Shown one piece after another: positions 1-9,269 of a stretch of 64,000 bases of DNA; positions within the stretch are counted from its first letter, which is position 1; the number at the start of each line of letters is the position of its first letter. The stretch comes from a virus. The notes under the pieces were generated by a model. That model searched no databases. It had not been told where the DNA came from and was given only the letters and a program-made list of their open reading frames with translations. The stretch lies in IMG/VR virus record IMGVR_UViG_3300031251_000010, positions 11,810 through 75,809 of that record; one strand, given 5' to 3'. Made by a program: the position numbers and the translations under genes.

Positions 1-872
1 ATGCCGGGGGTGTTGTGGACACCCTTGACCTGCCCGGCGGCATTACTGCCTGCCAACACCTGGAGATCAACCTTGGTGCCGTAGTCGGCGATGAGGTCCT
101 GGAACACGACCTCGTCAAAGTTGATGGGCGACTGGTCGAGCAGCTGGATCGCGACATCCTGCGAACCGGCGGCGGTCCGCACGTCCGCCCGAATGGAGCT
201 GTCCTGGAGGTCCTGCTCGGCCACGGCGGCGTTGTCGGCCGTCTGTATCCCGACGAGCGTTCCCCGGGTGACCTTGGGGATGTTGATGCTGTCGGTTCCA
301 GCCGGGAGGGGCTGCTGCTGAACCAGGTTGGCGAAAGCACGCCCGGAGCGGGCGAGTTCGATGTACTGGCTCACCAGGTGAATCGGCGGCACGAAGTAGC
401 CACCGTTGCCGTCCACGCGGTCCAGGTCGCGGTACTCCTGACCCTGAACGTCAACGGCGTGGCGCCGCAGCCGCTCGGTTGCCTGTCCGTCCTGATCCAT
501 GTTCAGGGACCGGCGCAGCAGATCCTTGAAGTACGAACGGCCATTGCCCTTTTCGTAGGCCGCAGCCTCCTTGATGGAGTCCACGCGGGAGATGGCCTTG
601 CGGACCTTGGTCGCGTTCTCGCTGAGGCGGCCCGAGCGCTCGATCTCCTCGGACAGCTCCTTGATTCGCTCGTCAAAGCCTTCGCACTCGGTCTGCTTCT
701 TGGCGATCTCCGCGCTCTTGACGCGGAACTCGGTGTCCTCCTCGGTGGAGAGGTCTTCGCGGGCCTCTTCCTTGACGAGGTCGGTGATGGCCGAACGCTC
801 GGCCATCAGCTTTTCGAGCTCGTCGGCTGCCTTTGCACGCAGCGCGATGAGCCGCTTGAGACGTTCCTCCAT
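1..872 (-). CDS. HK97-fold major capsid protein (5' part; runs off the window start)
   Basis: ATG at 872 with GAAAGGAGG RBS; MEERLKRLIALRAKAADELEK coiled-coil delta domain, then GNGGYFVPP and NIPKVT capsid motifs; follows the protease gene; not in the ORF track because it has no stop in the window. Confidence 0.88.
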   Translation of the reverse strand, partial: MEERLKRLIALRAKAADELEKLMAERSAITDLVKEEAREDLSTEEDTEFRVKSAEIAKKQTECEGFDERIKELSEEIERSGRLSENATKVRKAISRVDSIKEAAAYEKGNGRSYFKDLLRRSLNMDQDGQATERLRRHAVDVQGQEYRDLDRVDGNGGYFVPPIHLVSQYIELARSGRAFANLVQQQPLPAGTDSINIPKVTRGTLVGIQTADNAAVAEQDLQDSSIRADVRTAAGSQDVAIQLLDQSPINFDEVVFQDLIADYGTKVDLQVLAGSNAAGQVKGVHNTPG

Positions 873-993
873 GGGAGCGTCCCTCCTTTCGGATTGTCCC
901 CAAATTGGTTGGGGCGGTTTCGGATATGGGTGGGCGGCCCGAGCTGGGCACCAGCGGCCTCCGAGCGGGTGGCGGCTGTTCAACCCGCGCACG

Positions 994-1022
994 AAAAAAG
1001 GCCCCCCGAGCTGGGAGGCCTT
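994..1022 (-). terminator. Intrinsic terminator-like hairpin between protease and capsid genes
   Basis: Minus strand AAGGCCUCCC-AGCUC-GGGGGGCCUU followed by a U-run. Confidence 0.6.
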
Positions 1023-1084
1023 GATGTGGTGGTGTGCGGGGTGGAATCTGTGGCAGTGCAGCGTTTTACCGTGGCACTGGGGTA

Positions 1085-1987
1085 CTACTTACCGATCTGA
1101 GCGAGAGCTTCATCGAGCGTGAAGCTCTTACCGTCATCGCTGGCGTAGCCCTGTCGGGCTAGTGCTTCGCGTAGCGACATGCCCTTCGGGGCGTCATTGG
1201 CTGCCTCGGTACGCAGCGCATTGAATCGCTCATTGACCTCCGCAGCGGCGGAGGCGGCGCTTTGAGCCAGCCTCATGGCTTCAGCTGCCATACGGACGCG
1301 CTCGTTTACCGCCCCCACCTTGTCGAGCGCAGCCCGGGCACGGCGCAGGATCTCTTGATCCGAGCGTGCTTCCGCCAGCTCCCGAGGGTCGCATTCGGCG
1401 AGCATCGCCAATGCCTCGTCCACCGACTTCAGTTCCGCTGAGGTGGTGGGGTTCGCACCGAAATTCACCACCGACACGTCCCCCTTGTGGAGGGATACCT
1501 CGGTGATGCACCGGTAGGCGTACTCGTCGTCGGGGAACTCGGGGGTGGACTTCCACTCTTGGTTCTTGACGCGGAACGCGAACGACATCTCGTCCATGTC
1601 CTTGCGCCGCATCTTGGGGGCGAGCCGCTGCACGTCAGGGTCGAGCGGGTCGAGAAGCGAATCCGTCAGCAGGCCGTTGCGGTCCACGCTCAGCTGGAGA
1701 GTGCCGGACTTGGTGCGCGCGAGCGGCATCCCCTCGTGGTTGATGAGCAGGTGCACGTCGGGGTCTTCACGGAGAGTGGCGTTGAAAGCACCCCGGTCAA
1801 GCTGCTCGATCCAGCCGCCGTTGGCGGGGCCGCCGTACATCTCGTACGGCTCGAACGTGGAGGCATATCCCGTCAGCCGCAGGCTGCCACCGTTCGACTC
1901 GGAACGGAGATCGAACATGGGGATGGAGCGGTGCTCCCATACGTCCTTCCGGTTCTCCCGGTCAGCACGAATTGCCTTGGGGTTCAT
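1085..1987 (-). CDS. HK97-family prohead (capsid maturation) protease
   Basis: LTGYASTF, LLINHEG..LART, EMSFAFRV, DVSVVNFGANP motifs; lies between portal and capsid. Confidence 0.93.
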   Translation of the reverse strand: MNPKAIRADRENRKDVWEHRSIPMFDLRSESNGGSLRLTGYASTFEPYEMYGGPANGGWIEQLDRGAFNATLREDPDVHLLINHEGMPLARTKSGTLQLSVDRNGLLTDSLLDPLDPDVQRLAPKMRRKDMDEMSFAFRVKNQEWKSTPEFPDDEYAYRCITEVSLHKGDVSVVNFGANPTTSAELKSVDEALAMLAECDPRELAEARSDQEILRRARAALDKVGAVNERVRMAAEAMRLAQSAASAAAEVNERFNALRTEAANDAPKGMSLREALARQGYASDDGKSFTLDEALAQIGK

Positions 1988-3276
1988 TGGTCCTCCTGTC
2001 CTGAGTCGCCTTCGTCCTCATCGGGTTCGGCGGTAGGTTCCTTTTCGGGGGTCTGTTCTGGTTCGGGTTGGCCGGCAGGGGCACTGCCTGTTGTCGGCAC
2101 AGATCCGAGGGGCGCGTAGTTCATGGGCTGGAGCCGGATATCGCCGTTCTCCACCGGCCCGAGGTCTTCCTTGGCGCGGATCTCATTCACGTCGTAGAGG
2201 CCCATTTCGCGGCCGATCTTGTAGGCCTCGAACCGGGACTTCATGTCGCCGCGTAGCAGGTCGTCCAGGGTGAATCTGACGTACTGCCCCTTCGGGAGAA
2301 GCAGTGAGAGGGCCTGCTCGATGCAGGTCAGCCACGCGCGGAGCGTGAACTTCACGAAGCCGAGGGTCTGCTGCTCGATACCCGTTCCCCAGCTGGTGGA
2401 CTTCTCGGTGTCGCCGATCATGTGGGGCGGGATGCGGAACAGCATCGCGATCTCGCCGCGCTGGTAGCGGCGAGTCTCAAGGAACTGGGATTCCTCGGGG
2501 CTGATTGCGATTGGCTTCCACTTCAACCCGCCGGTAAGGATGGCGGGGCGGCGGCGGCCGGAGTGGGAAGCTATCCACCGCTGCATCACGCCCTTGGTCT
2601 GGTCGGTATCCAACGTCTGGTCGGTTTCCAGAACGGATGATGGGTTCGCGGAGTCTTTGAAGTAGTTCAGGCCGTAACGTTCAGCCGCCAAGGCAATTCC
2701 AACTGCGGCGGCGGCGCGCTGCACCGGGGACAACCCGAGCGCAGCACCGGCCACCGGGTACCGCTTGATATGGACGACATCAGCGGATGGGACCTTCGAT
2801 CCGTCCACTAAGTAGGTCGGCTCCATCCACCCGCTATTGGCAGCAACGTTCACGGTCATAAAGTCCGGGTGCACCGGCATGATCGCCTTGGGGGTGTCGT
2901 CCGGGTTCCGCGCAGTGATGTATCCGAACCCGTTGCCGGTGACGGTGAGCGCTTCCATCGTCATCCAGATCCACTCGAACAGAGTGGTTTCCGGGTATGG
3001 GTTCATAACGAGTTTCGGCTGCGGATCGACGGGTACAGGGATGCCGCCTTCGAGCTGGTAGGCCGTGAGCCCTAGGGAGGCGATGGTGTCGGCAAGCAGC
3101 GTGACGCAGGCGGTGAACGCCGCGACCTGCGTCTCGCGGGCGCCGCGCGGGGTAACGCTGTAGCTGTTGCTCCCCCACGGGTACATCGCGTCGTCTTCGG
3201 CGGGTGTCGGCACGAAAGATGACCCGGTGAGGACTCGCGCCTCGGGAGCAACGAATGGGCGAGACAGGAAGCTCAC
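1984..3276 (-). CDS. HK97-family portal protein
   Basis: ACVTLLADTIASL, GNGFGYI, GLSPV, ESQFLETRRY..EIAMLFRIPPHMIG, NEIRAKEDL; start moved to GTG 3276 (GTGA overlap). Confidence 0.95.
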   Translation of the reverse strand: MSFLSRPFVAPEARVLTGSSFVPTPAEDDAMYPWGSNSYSVTPRGARETQVAAFTACVTLLADTIASLGLTAYQLEGGIPVPVDPQPKLVMNPYPETTLFEWIWMTMEALTVTGNGFGYITARNPDDTPKAIMPVHPDFMTVNVAANSGWMEPTYLVDGSKVPSADVVHIKRYPVAGAALGLSPVQRAAAAVGIALAAERYGLNYFKDSANPSSVLETDQTLDTDQTKGVMQRWIASHSGRRRPAILTGGLKWKPIAISPEESQFLETRRYQRGEIAMLFRIPPHMIGDTEKSTSWGTGIEQQTLGFVKFTLRAWLTCIEQALSLLLPKGQYVRFTLDDLLRGDMKSRFEAYKIGREMGLYDVNEIRAKEDLGPVENGDIRLQPMNYAPLGSVPTTGSAPAGQPEPEQTPEKEPTAEPDEDEGDSGQEDQ

Positions 3277-3443
3277 TGGGCAGCCGCCTTCGGGTTGCGG
3301 CTTGGCGGGTCGATCGCGAGGCCGACGAGAACCAAAGCGAGGCCGCCGATTACGAGGCCAAGCCACGGCGCAAGCACCCAGAACCCGGCTACTAGGGCCG
3401 CGACTCCAGCCAGCTCGAACCCGGCTGAGATGAGGGGGCGCAT
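3273..3443 (-). CDS. Small 2-TM membrane protein between terminase and portal
   Basis: MRPLISAGFELAGVAALVAGFWVLAPWLGLVIGGLALVLVG; translationally coupled on both sides. Confidence 0.7.
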   Translation of the reverse strand: MRPLISAGFELAGVAALVAGFWVLAPWLGLVIGGLALVLVGLAIDPPSRNPKAAAQ

Positions 3444-5041
3444 CAGTAGAGGTCTTCTTTCTGCCACTCCATGATTTCCTCCTCGGAAGGCCATTCGTGC
3501 ACATCAGGCACCTTGTCGGGTCCGGCGAGCCGGACGGATTCAGCCCAGGCAGCCGCCGCGCAGGCGACGAGAGGGCTCGCGTCGATCGGGCTGCCTTGCC
3601 GATCGAAAACCCATGCGTCGCCGAGCTTTTTGGCGACAGTGGCGACGGCAGCTGTATCCAGGGCGGGTTGCGAGCGGTGCCGGACTATCCGTTGAACAAC
3701 CTGGTCGTAGAAGTCGCCGCAGCCCTTGGTGAGGTCGCCGCCGCCCCACTCGATAACGGGGATACCGGCTTCGATCATGTCCTCAATGAATCCGGAAGCC
3801 GGGGCGCCGCGCGCCTGCACGGCCACGGTCTGAAACTTGCCAGGGCGTGCCTTGAACCACGGAATGATCCAGTCTGTACCGCGTTCCGCTGCAACAACTT
3901 CCACGTGGAGCAGGTCGTCGGCCCGGCGAGCAGCGATTGCGACGTAGCCGCGTGATCGTTGCCAATTCACATCAACGGCAGCCCACACAGGCGCCCCCTC
4001 AGCTCGCCGCGACAGCTCATCCAAGGTGGCTTGCCAGTCTTCGGCGGGGATGATGCCGGGGGCTAGCGAATCAACCCACTGGCATAGGTGTTCGGTCTTA
4101 AACCCGGCGATATCAGCGCGTTTCGCTTCGAGCTTCCCCGCGACGGACGCTTCGTCGTGCCCGTCAAGCCAGCCCATCGCCGGGTTCGCCATCGGCCAGA
4201 CGGACCGGTCGTACGGGTCGGAGTCGTCCGGCGCGGACCACTCGAACAACCCGAGCTGGGTCTCCTCGGTCTTACCGGCGATGATCGCCTGCAAGCAGCC
4301 GTCCCGGACCGACCGCAGCACAATGGATTTCTTGTCCCCGGCGTTACTGGCGGTAACGGCTTGGCTGTACTTACGGGCGGTGGTGGTGGGGACAACCGCG
4401 TCCCATGTCTCCCAGTTGGTGTGCTCACGAAGCTCATCGAGCATTGCGAGGTCAATTGAGAAGGAGCGTCCAGCTTTTCGGTTCTGCGCGACGGCCCGCC
4501 ACGACCGTTTCCCTGTCAGGAACATGGCGTGCTTACCGTTGGCGGTGCGGTGGCGGACGAACTCCAGCCGGAGCTTGGAAGATTCCTTCACGTCATCCAC
4601 GACGGCGGCGAGCGTGCCCTCGGCGTACTCCAAGCCCTGCGCCGCGATGACAACCGTCTTGGCGGCCGGGCACCCGGCGCTCGATATTCCCTTGCTGTCC
4701 AGGTACAGCCGCCACAGCCCAAGGCCCTTAAGCCACTGAGTCTTCCCGTTCTGCCGCGCGATCAAAATGACGACAGTGCGGAGCCGGAACCCTGTACCGT
4801 CCGCACCCTTCTCCAAAGCATGTATGTACAGCCACTTTTGGTACGGGAGGAGCGTCCAGCCGAGGAAATTCTCGAGAAAGCCGATGCACTCGAATCCCCA
4901 CGAGGTATCCGGGTTCAGACCGCAGCCACAGCCGCATGCATCCGGGCGACTGGCGTCGCAGTGCGCGGCGAGAGGAGGCGTGAACAGCCGGGGTTTGGTG
5001 TACCCCTTAAGCGTTGGAGCGCTTACGACGCCAGTCGTCAA
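3443..5041 (-). CDS. terL: Terminase large subunit
   Basis: Walker A IARQNGKT, Walker B LAMLDELRE, TASNAGD coupling motif, WPMANPAMG, C-terminal nuclease AAVDV...IDAS. Confidence 0.95.
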   Translation of the reverse strand: MTTGVVSAPTLKGYTKPRLFTPPLAAHCDASRPDACGCGCGLNPDTSWGFECIGFLENFLGWTLLPYQKWLYIHALEKGADGTGFRLRTVVILIARQNGKTQWLKGLGLWRLYLDSKGISSAGCPAAKTVVIAAQGLEYAEGTLAAVVDDVKESSKLRLEFVRHRTANGKHAMFLTGKRSWRAVAQNRKAGRSFSIDLAMLDELREHTNWETWDAVVPTTTARKYSQAVTASNAGDKKSIVLRSVRDGCLQAIIAGKTEETQLGLFEWSAPDDSDPYDRSVWPMANPAMGWLDGHDEASVAGKLEAKRADIAGFKTEHLCQWVDSLAPGIIPAEDWQATLDELSRRAEGAPVWAAVDVNWQRSRGYVAIAARRADDLLHVEVVAAERGTDWIIPWFKARPGKFQTVAVQARGAPASGFIEDMIEAGIPVIEWGGGDLTKGCGDFYDQVVQRIVRHRSQPALDTAAVATVAKKLGDAWVFDRQGSPIDASPLVACAAAAWAESVRLAGPDKVPDVHEWPSEEEIMEWQKEDLY

Positions 5042-5441
5042 TGTCGCTCACCGGGGCCTCGTCGCCGTCGTCGCCCTCGTCGTCCGGGTCGGGCAGGTTC
5101 GGCGGCTCGTTCATCCCTGGCGTCGCGGCGTCATACCCGTAGAGGCGGGTCTGCTGCGCGAGAAGCCTCCGGCAGAACTCGGCGGCTTTCACGTCGCCAC
5201 GGAGCGCGTTCGGGAAATGCGCCCGAAATAGTGCCTCTGAGCGCTCCACGTGCATCGCCAACGCCTGATCTGCCATGTAATCGCGCCGTTTCGCGGCCTT
5301 GGCCATCTCCCGCTGCACGATCCTCTCGGCGGCGGTGTGGGTGATGCCGTGCTGCTCACCGATCTGCCTGTACGGGACGCCAGCGATGAACAGCTGTAGC
5401 ACTTGCGCGTCGCGCTTGGCCCGGCTGACCCGGTCCGTCAC
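5007..5441 (-). CDS. Terminase small subunit (HTH)
   Basis: GVPYRQIGEQHG HTH, GDVKAAE..RRLL..LYG; immediately upstream of terL; GTG 5441 overlaps the upstream stop. Confidence 0.75.
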   Translation of the reverse strand: MTDRVSRAKRDAQVLQLFIAGVPYRQIGEQHGITHTAAERIVQREMAKAAKRRDYMADQALAMHVERSEALFRAHFPNALRGDVKAAEFCRRLLAQQTRLYGYDAATPGMNEPPNLPDPDDEGDDGDEAPVSDIDDWRRKRSNA

Positions 5442-6295
5442 TTGGCCCTGGCCTTCACGGCGCTGACGCCGGGCGGCGGTGTCGTCAGGGGGTGCCCGGC
5501 GTGCCGCTTCTTCGGGGCGAGTGTGATCTCGATGTAGCCGGTGTCCTTCTTGCGGGTGTTCCTGCGCACCAGTCCCGGCCACTGCTTCTCCAGCTCTTCG
5601 ACGCTGAAAGCGACCTTGGCGGGGGTTCTTTGGAACTCACCGGGCGCCTGGCAGCCACCAGGGTCCGTGTAGTAGTTCGCCTGGGCGGCAATCCCGTCGT
5701 GCCGGACGGTGCCGCCGTCGTACCACCATGCGCGGAGGCTGGTTTCGTGCTCGTCCTTGTACGGGACGGTGAACTCGTGGACGGGATGGCTGGGCCGGTT
5801 GAAGAACCCGATGACGGTGAAGATCAAGAATCGCAGGCCTTCACTGATGCGGCCCGGCGACATGTAGAAGGCGTTGACGACCGGCGACAACCCCCACACG
5901 TACAGGTCCCGCCCGGCGGTCTCAGTGAACATCCGCCGGAACAACGCATCCACATCAGCCACGGGGCGAAGGGTTTTCGAGTCCACAGCCTCCACCAGGC
6001 CCGTCACATCATCGTCCAAGCAGACAATCGGGGTACCAGCGGCGAACTGGGTGGGGATGTAGGTCCGCTGCGCCGTGATACCGCGCATCGGTGTGGCATT
6101 CAGGCGGATACCGGACCTGCCGGCCAACTCCTGGTACGCCCCCAACTGAGGGTCGTTGTCGTGGAGGAACACCGTGATCCGCGCCGGGTCCACTCCGGCC
6201 GCGCTCAGCCAGGCGAGCGTCTTCCGCTCCAGCCCTTCGGCACGCTGGTATGAGGGGATCACGATCTGGTACTCGCGCGCCGGGGCGCGCCTCAC
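5438..6295 (-). CDS. TET/JBP-associated GT-A glycosyltransferase (TAGT/GREB1-like)
   Basis: IVIPSYQRA N-terminal strand, CLDDD DxD motif, KDEHETSLR, YYTDPGGCQ; coupled to the dioxygenase gene. Confidence 0.78.
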   Translation of the reverse strand: MRRAPAREYQIVIPSYQRAEGLERKTLAWLSAAGVDPARITVFLHDNDPQLGAYQELAGRSGIRLNATPMRGITAQRTYIPTQFAAGTPIVCLDDDVTGLVEAVDSKTLRPVADVDALFRRMFTETAGRDLYVWGLSPVVNAFYMSPGRISEGLRFLIFTVIGFFNRPSHPVHEFTVPYKDEHETSLRAWWYDGGTVRHDGIAAQANYYTDPGGCQAPGEFQRTPAKVAFSVEELEKQWPGLVRRNTRKKDTGYIEITLAPKKRHAGHPLTTPPPGVSAVKARAK

Positions 6296-7131
6296 TTGGG
6301 CTGCCTCCGCTCAGCGATGAGCCGGGCCTGGTTCTGTTCCCGAGCGGTTCGGACCTTTTGGGCGTATTCGGTCTCCAATGCGCCCTCCAAGCAAGATTTC
6401 ATGCCCTTGAGGGCGTAGTAGACGACGCTCAGTCGGTATCCGTCCGGCCTGCGCAACTGCATCGGGGTAACTCCATGCACCAGCTGATGTCCCGGGAAGA
6501 AGACCGCGGTGCTGTCGCGGCACGGCAACACCACCCCGTACTCCGGGATGTGCAGGTGCCCTCCGGTCATGCCGCGTCGGAACACCGGCATCGCGCTCCA
6601 GGTTGGGAAGTTGAATCCGTCGCGGTGGTACGGCAGCGTCGAGCTCCGGTTGATGACGCCGGATGTCCAGAGCTCGGATTCGCCCAACTTCCAACCGGAC
6701 CCGACCTGGAGCATGGTTGCCCGGTCGCGGGCCTCGATTTTCGCGTCAATTTCGCCGAGCATCCGCGCCAGCTCCCCAGCCCACGCATCCAGCGCCGCCT
6801 CGGCCGCCGGGAACTCCTTCGCGACACCGGAAGCCCTGCACGCGTCCCGGCTGTAACTTGGCCGCCGGGGCTGGAATCCGAAGTTCGCCGACAGGTTCTT
6901 GGCTCCCGACGCGCGCCGCAGGTCCGTGTACTTCAACGAGAGGCACGCGCGCCGCAGATCCGGGGCTTCCACCGGCAGTACCGCCATCACGGTCTCGCCG
7001 GTATCAGCGTCTGTGGCTATGAACGGCTCGCTGTGGGTCGGCTCGTGCTCCCCAACCCACGTTCCGACGAGGGTTGTGGCTTCCTCCGGGCTCACCACTC
7101 GCCGCAAACTCAGCCGCTCCATCGGTGTCAC
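6292..7131 (-). CDS. TET/JBP-family 2OG-Fe(II) dioxygenase
   Basis: WTSGVIN, LPYHRDGFN (HxD), GGHLHIPEY, LVHGVTP (H), RLSVVYY (R); GTG 7131 overlaps the ParB stop. Confidence 0.85.
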   Translation of the reverse strand: MTPMERLSLRRVVSPEEATTLVGTWVGEHEPTHSEPFIATDADTGETVMAVLPVEAPDLRRACLSLKYTDLRRASGAKNLSANFGFQPRRPSYSRDACRASGVAKEFPAAEAALDAWAGELARMLGEIDAKIEARDRATMLQVGSGWKLGESELWTSGVINRSSTLPYHRDGFNFPTWSAMPVFRRGMTGGHLHIPEYGVVLPCRDSTAVFFPGHQLVHGVTPMQLRRPDGYRLSVVYYALKGMKSCLEGALETEYAQKVRTAREQNQARLIAERRQPK

Positions 7132-7823
7132 TCCGCGACCGCTGGCGCTGCGTCGAGCCCGGTCTCTTCCTGCTTGAGCAGGTGCACCAGCACCGCCGCG
7201 TTGCTCTCCAGACCGTGTGCTTCCGCGACCCGCTGCAACGTCTCGACCACCCACAGGTACTCGTCGCCGACATACGTCATCACGACCATCCGCTGGTCGG
7301 ACTGGTCGTAGTTGGTCTTCAAGTCCTCGAGAGAAGTTGCGGTGCCCTGATTTCCGGCCAGCTCGTCCTCTGGCGCCGGTTCCAACTCCTCCAGGGCCGC
7401 TGCCAGGTCATCGAGGTCATCCTGCGCGTAACCGGTGCCGTCCAGGGTGTCCAGGGATTCCAGGATCTCCAACAACGCCTTGTTGTCGTACCCACCCAGT
7501 GCCGGGATCTTGTTGTCAGCAACGACAATCGCCTTGGCCTGCTGCTCATCAACGTCCACCAGCCAGCAGTCGATATCCGCCCAACCGAGTTCTCGCGCTG
7601 CGAGCAGGGTGTGGTTACCGGCCAACACCTCGTTGGGGCGCCCGGTGTGCGTCCCACGGTTCACCACGATGGGCCGGTACTGGCCGTTGGCGGTGAGGGA
7701 CGCCGCGATGTCCGGGACCGAACCGCGCCGGGGGTTGCCCTTGAAAGTCTTTAGCTGGGAAACCGCGATACGGGCAGCCGAATTAGCTGCGGTACCTGCG
7801 GTGTTAACTGTGGGCTCGGTCAT
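7128..7823 (-). CDS. ParB/Srx-like N-terminal domain protein
   Basis: GNPRRGSV, SLTANGQYRPIVV, VLAGNHTLLAARELG, IVVADNK. Confidence 0.85.
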   Translation of the reverse strand: MTEPTVNTAGTAANSAARIAVSQLKTFKGNPRRGSVPDIAASLTANGQYRPIVVNRGTHTGRPNEVLAGNHTLLAARELGWADIDCWLVDVDEQQAKAIVVADNKIPALGGYDNKALLEILESLDTLDGTGYAQDDLDDLAAALEELEPAPEDELAGNQGTATSLEDLKTNYDQSDQRMVVMTYVGDEYLWVVETLQRVAEAHGLESNAAVLVHLLKQEETGLDAAPAVAE

Positions 7824-7848
7824 GCTCGGAGGCTCCTAGCTGGTAGCT

Positions 7849-8160
7849 GCTGGCTAACTTCTTGGCAACATTTTTCGAGGGGGGGCGGAACCCGTGCCGG
7901 GCCGAGGGACCTTGGGCTGGGCGGGCAACTTTTCACCCCGCCCCCGGGTACCTGCCCTGGTCGCATGGTCTTGTGGGGCCTGGTGATGAGGGGTTCATCT
8001 CCGGGAAGGGGTCGTTCGGTTGTGTGCTCGTACAGCGATGGTGTTGGGGCGGGTCCGCAGCGGGGTTGGCGCAGCTGGCTAACTTGGCTCGTTTCCCGAG
8101 GTTGGGGAGGGTGTTAGCCAGTGGTGACCGATTGTTAGCTGGGGACGGGGCGTTGTTAGC
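7849..8160. repeat. Phased GTTAGC/GCTAAC repeats in the HNH-ParB intergenic region (candidate genome-end/packaging region)
   Basis: TGTTAGC at 8112, 8133, 8154 (21-bp period); GCTGGCTAACTT at 7849 and 8074; G/C-run motif around 7878-7950. Confidence 0.55.
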
Positions 8161-8167
8161 TGGTGGG

Positions 8168-8896
8168 TTACCAGGTTTCGGAGGGTTGGCCGATGGCGAT
8201 GTTGGGTTCGGAGTCGCCTCGGCGGATGTTGCAGTTCAGGTGGCTGGGTCGGAAGTTCCGTGGGTCCAGCGCGAGCTCGGGTGCCTCTGACACGGGGATG
8301 GCGTGGTCCACGGAGAAGCTGTCCGGGTGGGGTGCCTTGAGGCTGTAGTCGATGGGGCGCTGGTCCAGCCAGCACACGTCGCCGCGCTCCTGGCACTCCT
8401 TACGGAAGGTGGCCTTGAGCTCCTGGTAGTGGCGGCCGCGTGGGCGTCCCTGTGCGTCCAGGCCAGGGACGTGTTCGGCGGGGGTGCTGCCGGTGGTGGG
8501 GTGCTCCTCGTACCAGCGTTTAATAGCGCCCTGTAGCTGCCATGGGCGTTCGGCGCGGGCTCGTTCCATGACGGTGTCTTGGCCGGGGTCGATCGTGATG
8601 ACCTCGGCGCCGTACGAGCGGTACTTCGTGAGCATCGCGGTACTCGGGGTGGAGTGAATGAGGAACACGTCGTGCTCGCCGACGAGCGTCAGGGCGGTGT
8701 CTATGGCTGCCTGACGGGCGGCCTTGGTGACTGCCTTCACGTGGTCGGGGTGGTCGTGGCGGTGGGGGCTGTCGTCCTGTGGGCTGAGGGTGCAGGCGAT
8801 GGCGTCGTAGTCGATGGTGATGTCACCGGGCCGCGAGTTGTCCCGCACCCATGTGGACTTGCCCGCTGCCGGCGGACCCACCACCACGAACAGCAC
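8168..8896 (-). CDS. P-loop (AAA/kinase-like) domain fused to HNH endonuclease
   Basis: GPPAAGKST Walker A, IDYD; C-terminal CWL...SVDHAIP...NFRPSHLNCNIRRG HNH motif. Confidence 0.85.
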   Translation of the reverse strand: MLFVVVGPPAAGKSTWVRDNSRPGDITIDYDAIACTLSPQDDSPHRHDHPDHVKAVTKAARQAAIDTALTLVGEHDVFLIHSTPSTAMLTKYRSYGAEVITIDPGQDTVMERARAERPWQLQGAIKRWYEEHPTTGSTPAEHVPGLDAQGRPRGRHYQELKATFRKECQERGDVCWLDQRPIDYSLKAPHPDSFSVDHAIPVSEAPELALDPRNFRPSHLNCNIRRGDSEPNIAIGQPSETW

Positions 8897-9115
8897 CTAC
8901 ACGCCCTCGGACATCAGCGGTGTGTCGGTGTGGGCGTGGTCGTTGAAGTTCCCGGTCACCGTGATCTCACCGCAGGTGGCGCAGTGCAGTACAGCGCCGT
9001 TGGAGCATGGATACCAGATCCACGGGCCGAGGCAGGCGGCCATCAGTGGAACCACCGGAGAAGGCGCAGGAACGGTCTCTTCCACCGTGGCGCGGTCAGA
9101 TACCGCACCGTCCAA
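8897..9115 (-). CDS. Small Cys/His-rich phage protein
   Basis: ORF in the coupled minus-strand operon; CxxC. Confidence 0.5.
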   Translation of the reverse strand: MDGAVSDRATVEETVPAPSPVVPLMAACLGPWIWYPCSNGAVLHCATCGEITVTGNFNDHAHTDTPLMSEGV

Positions 9116-9269
9116 TGGGTATCGGTGATGAGTGCGTGGGCGCGGGCGAGCGGGTCCGGGCAGCTGTGAGGTTCTACGTCAGGTGTAAGTCCGCCGTACC
9201 CATGGACCCCTGAATGTTTCTCGACATGGACGACACCGCCGATGAGCAGGCCTACAAGGCCCTGGTGTG

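Noticed and set aside
15-1100. 361-aa plus-strand ORF
   Set aside because: Antisense shadow of the capsid gene, typical of high-GC DNA.
6250-7311. 353-aa plus-strand ORF and the many other long antisense ORFs in the track
   Set aside because: They lie opposite motif-bearing, translationally coupled minus-strand genes and have no RBS or motifs of their own.
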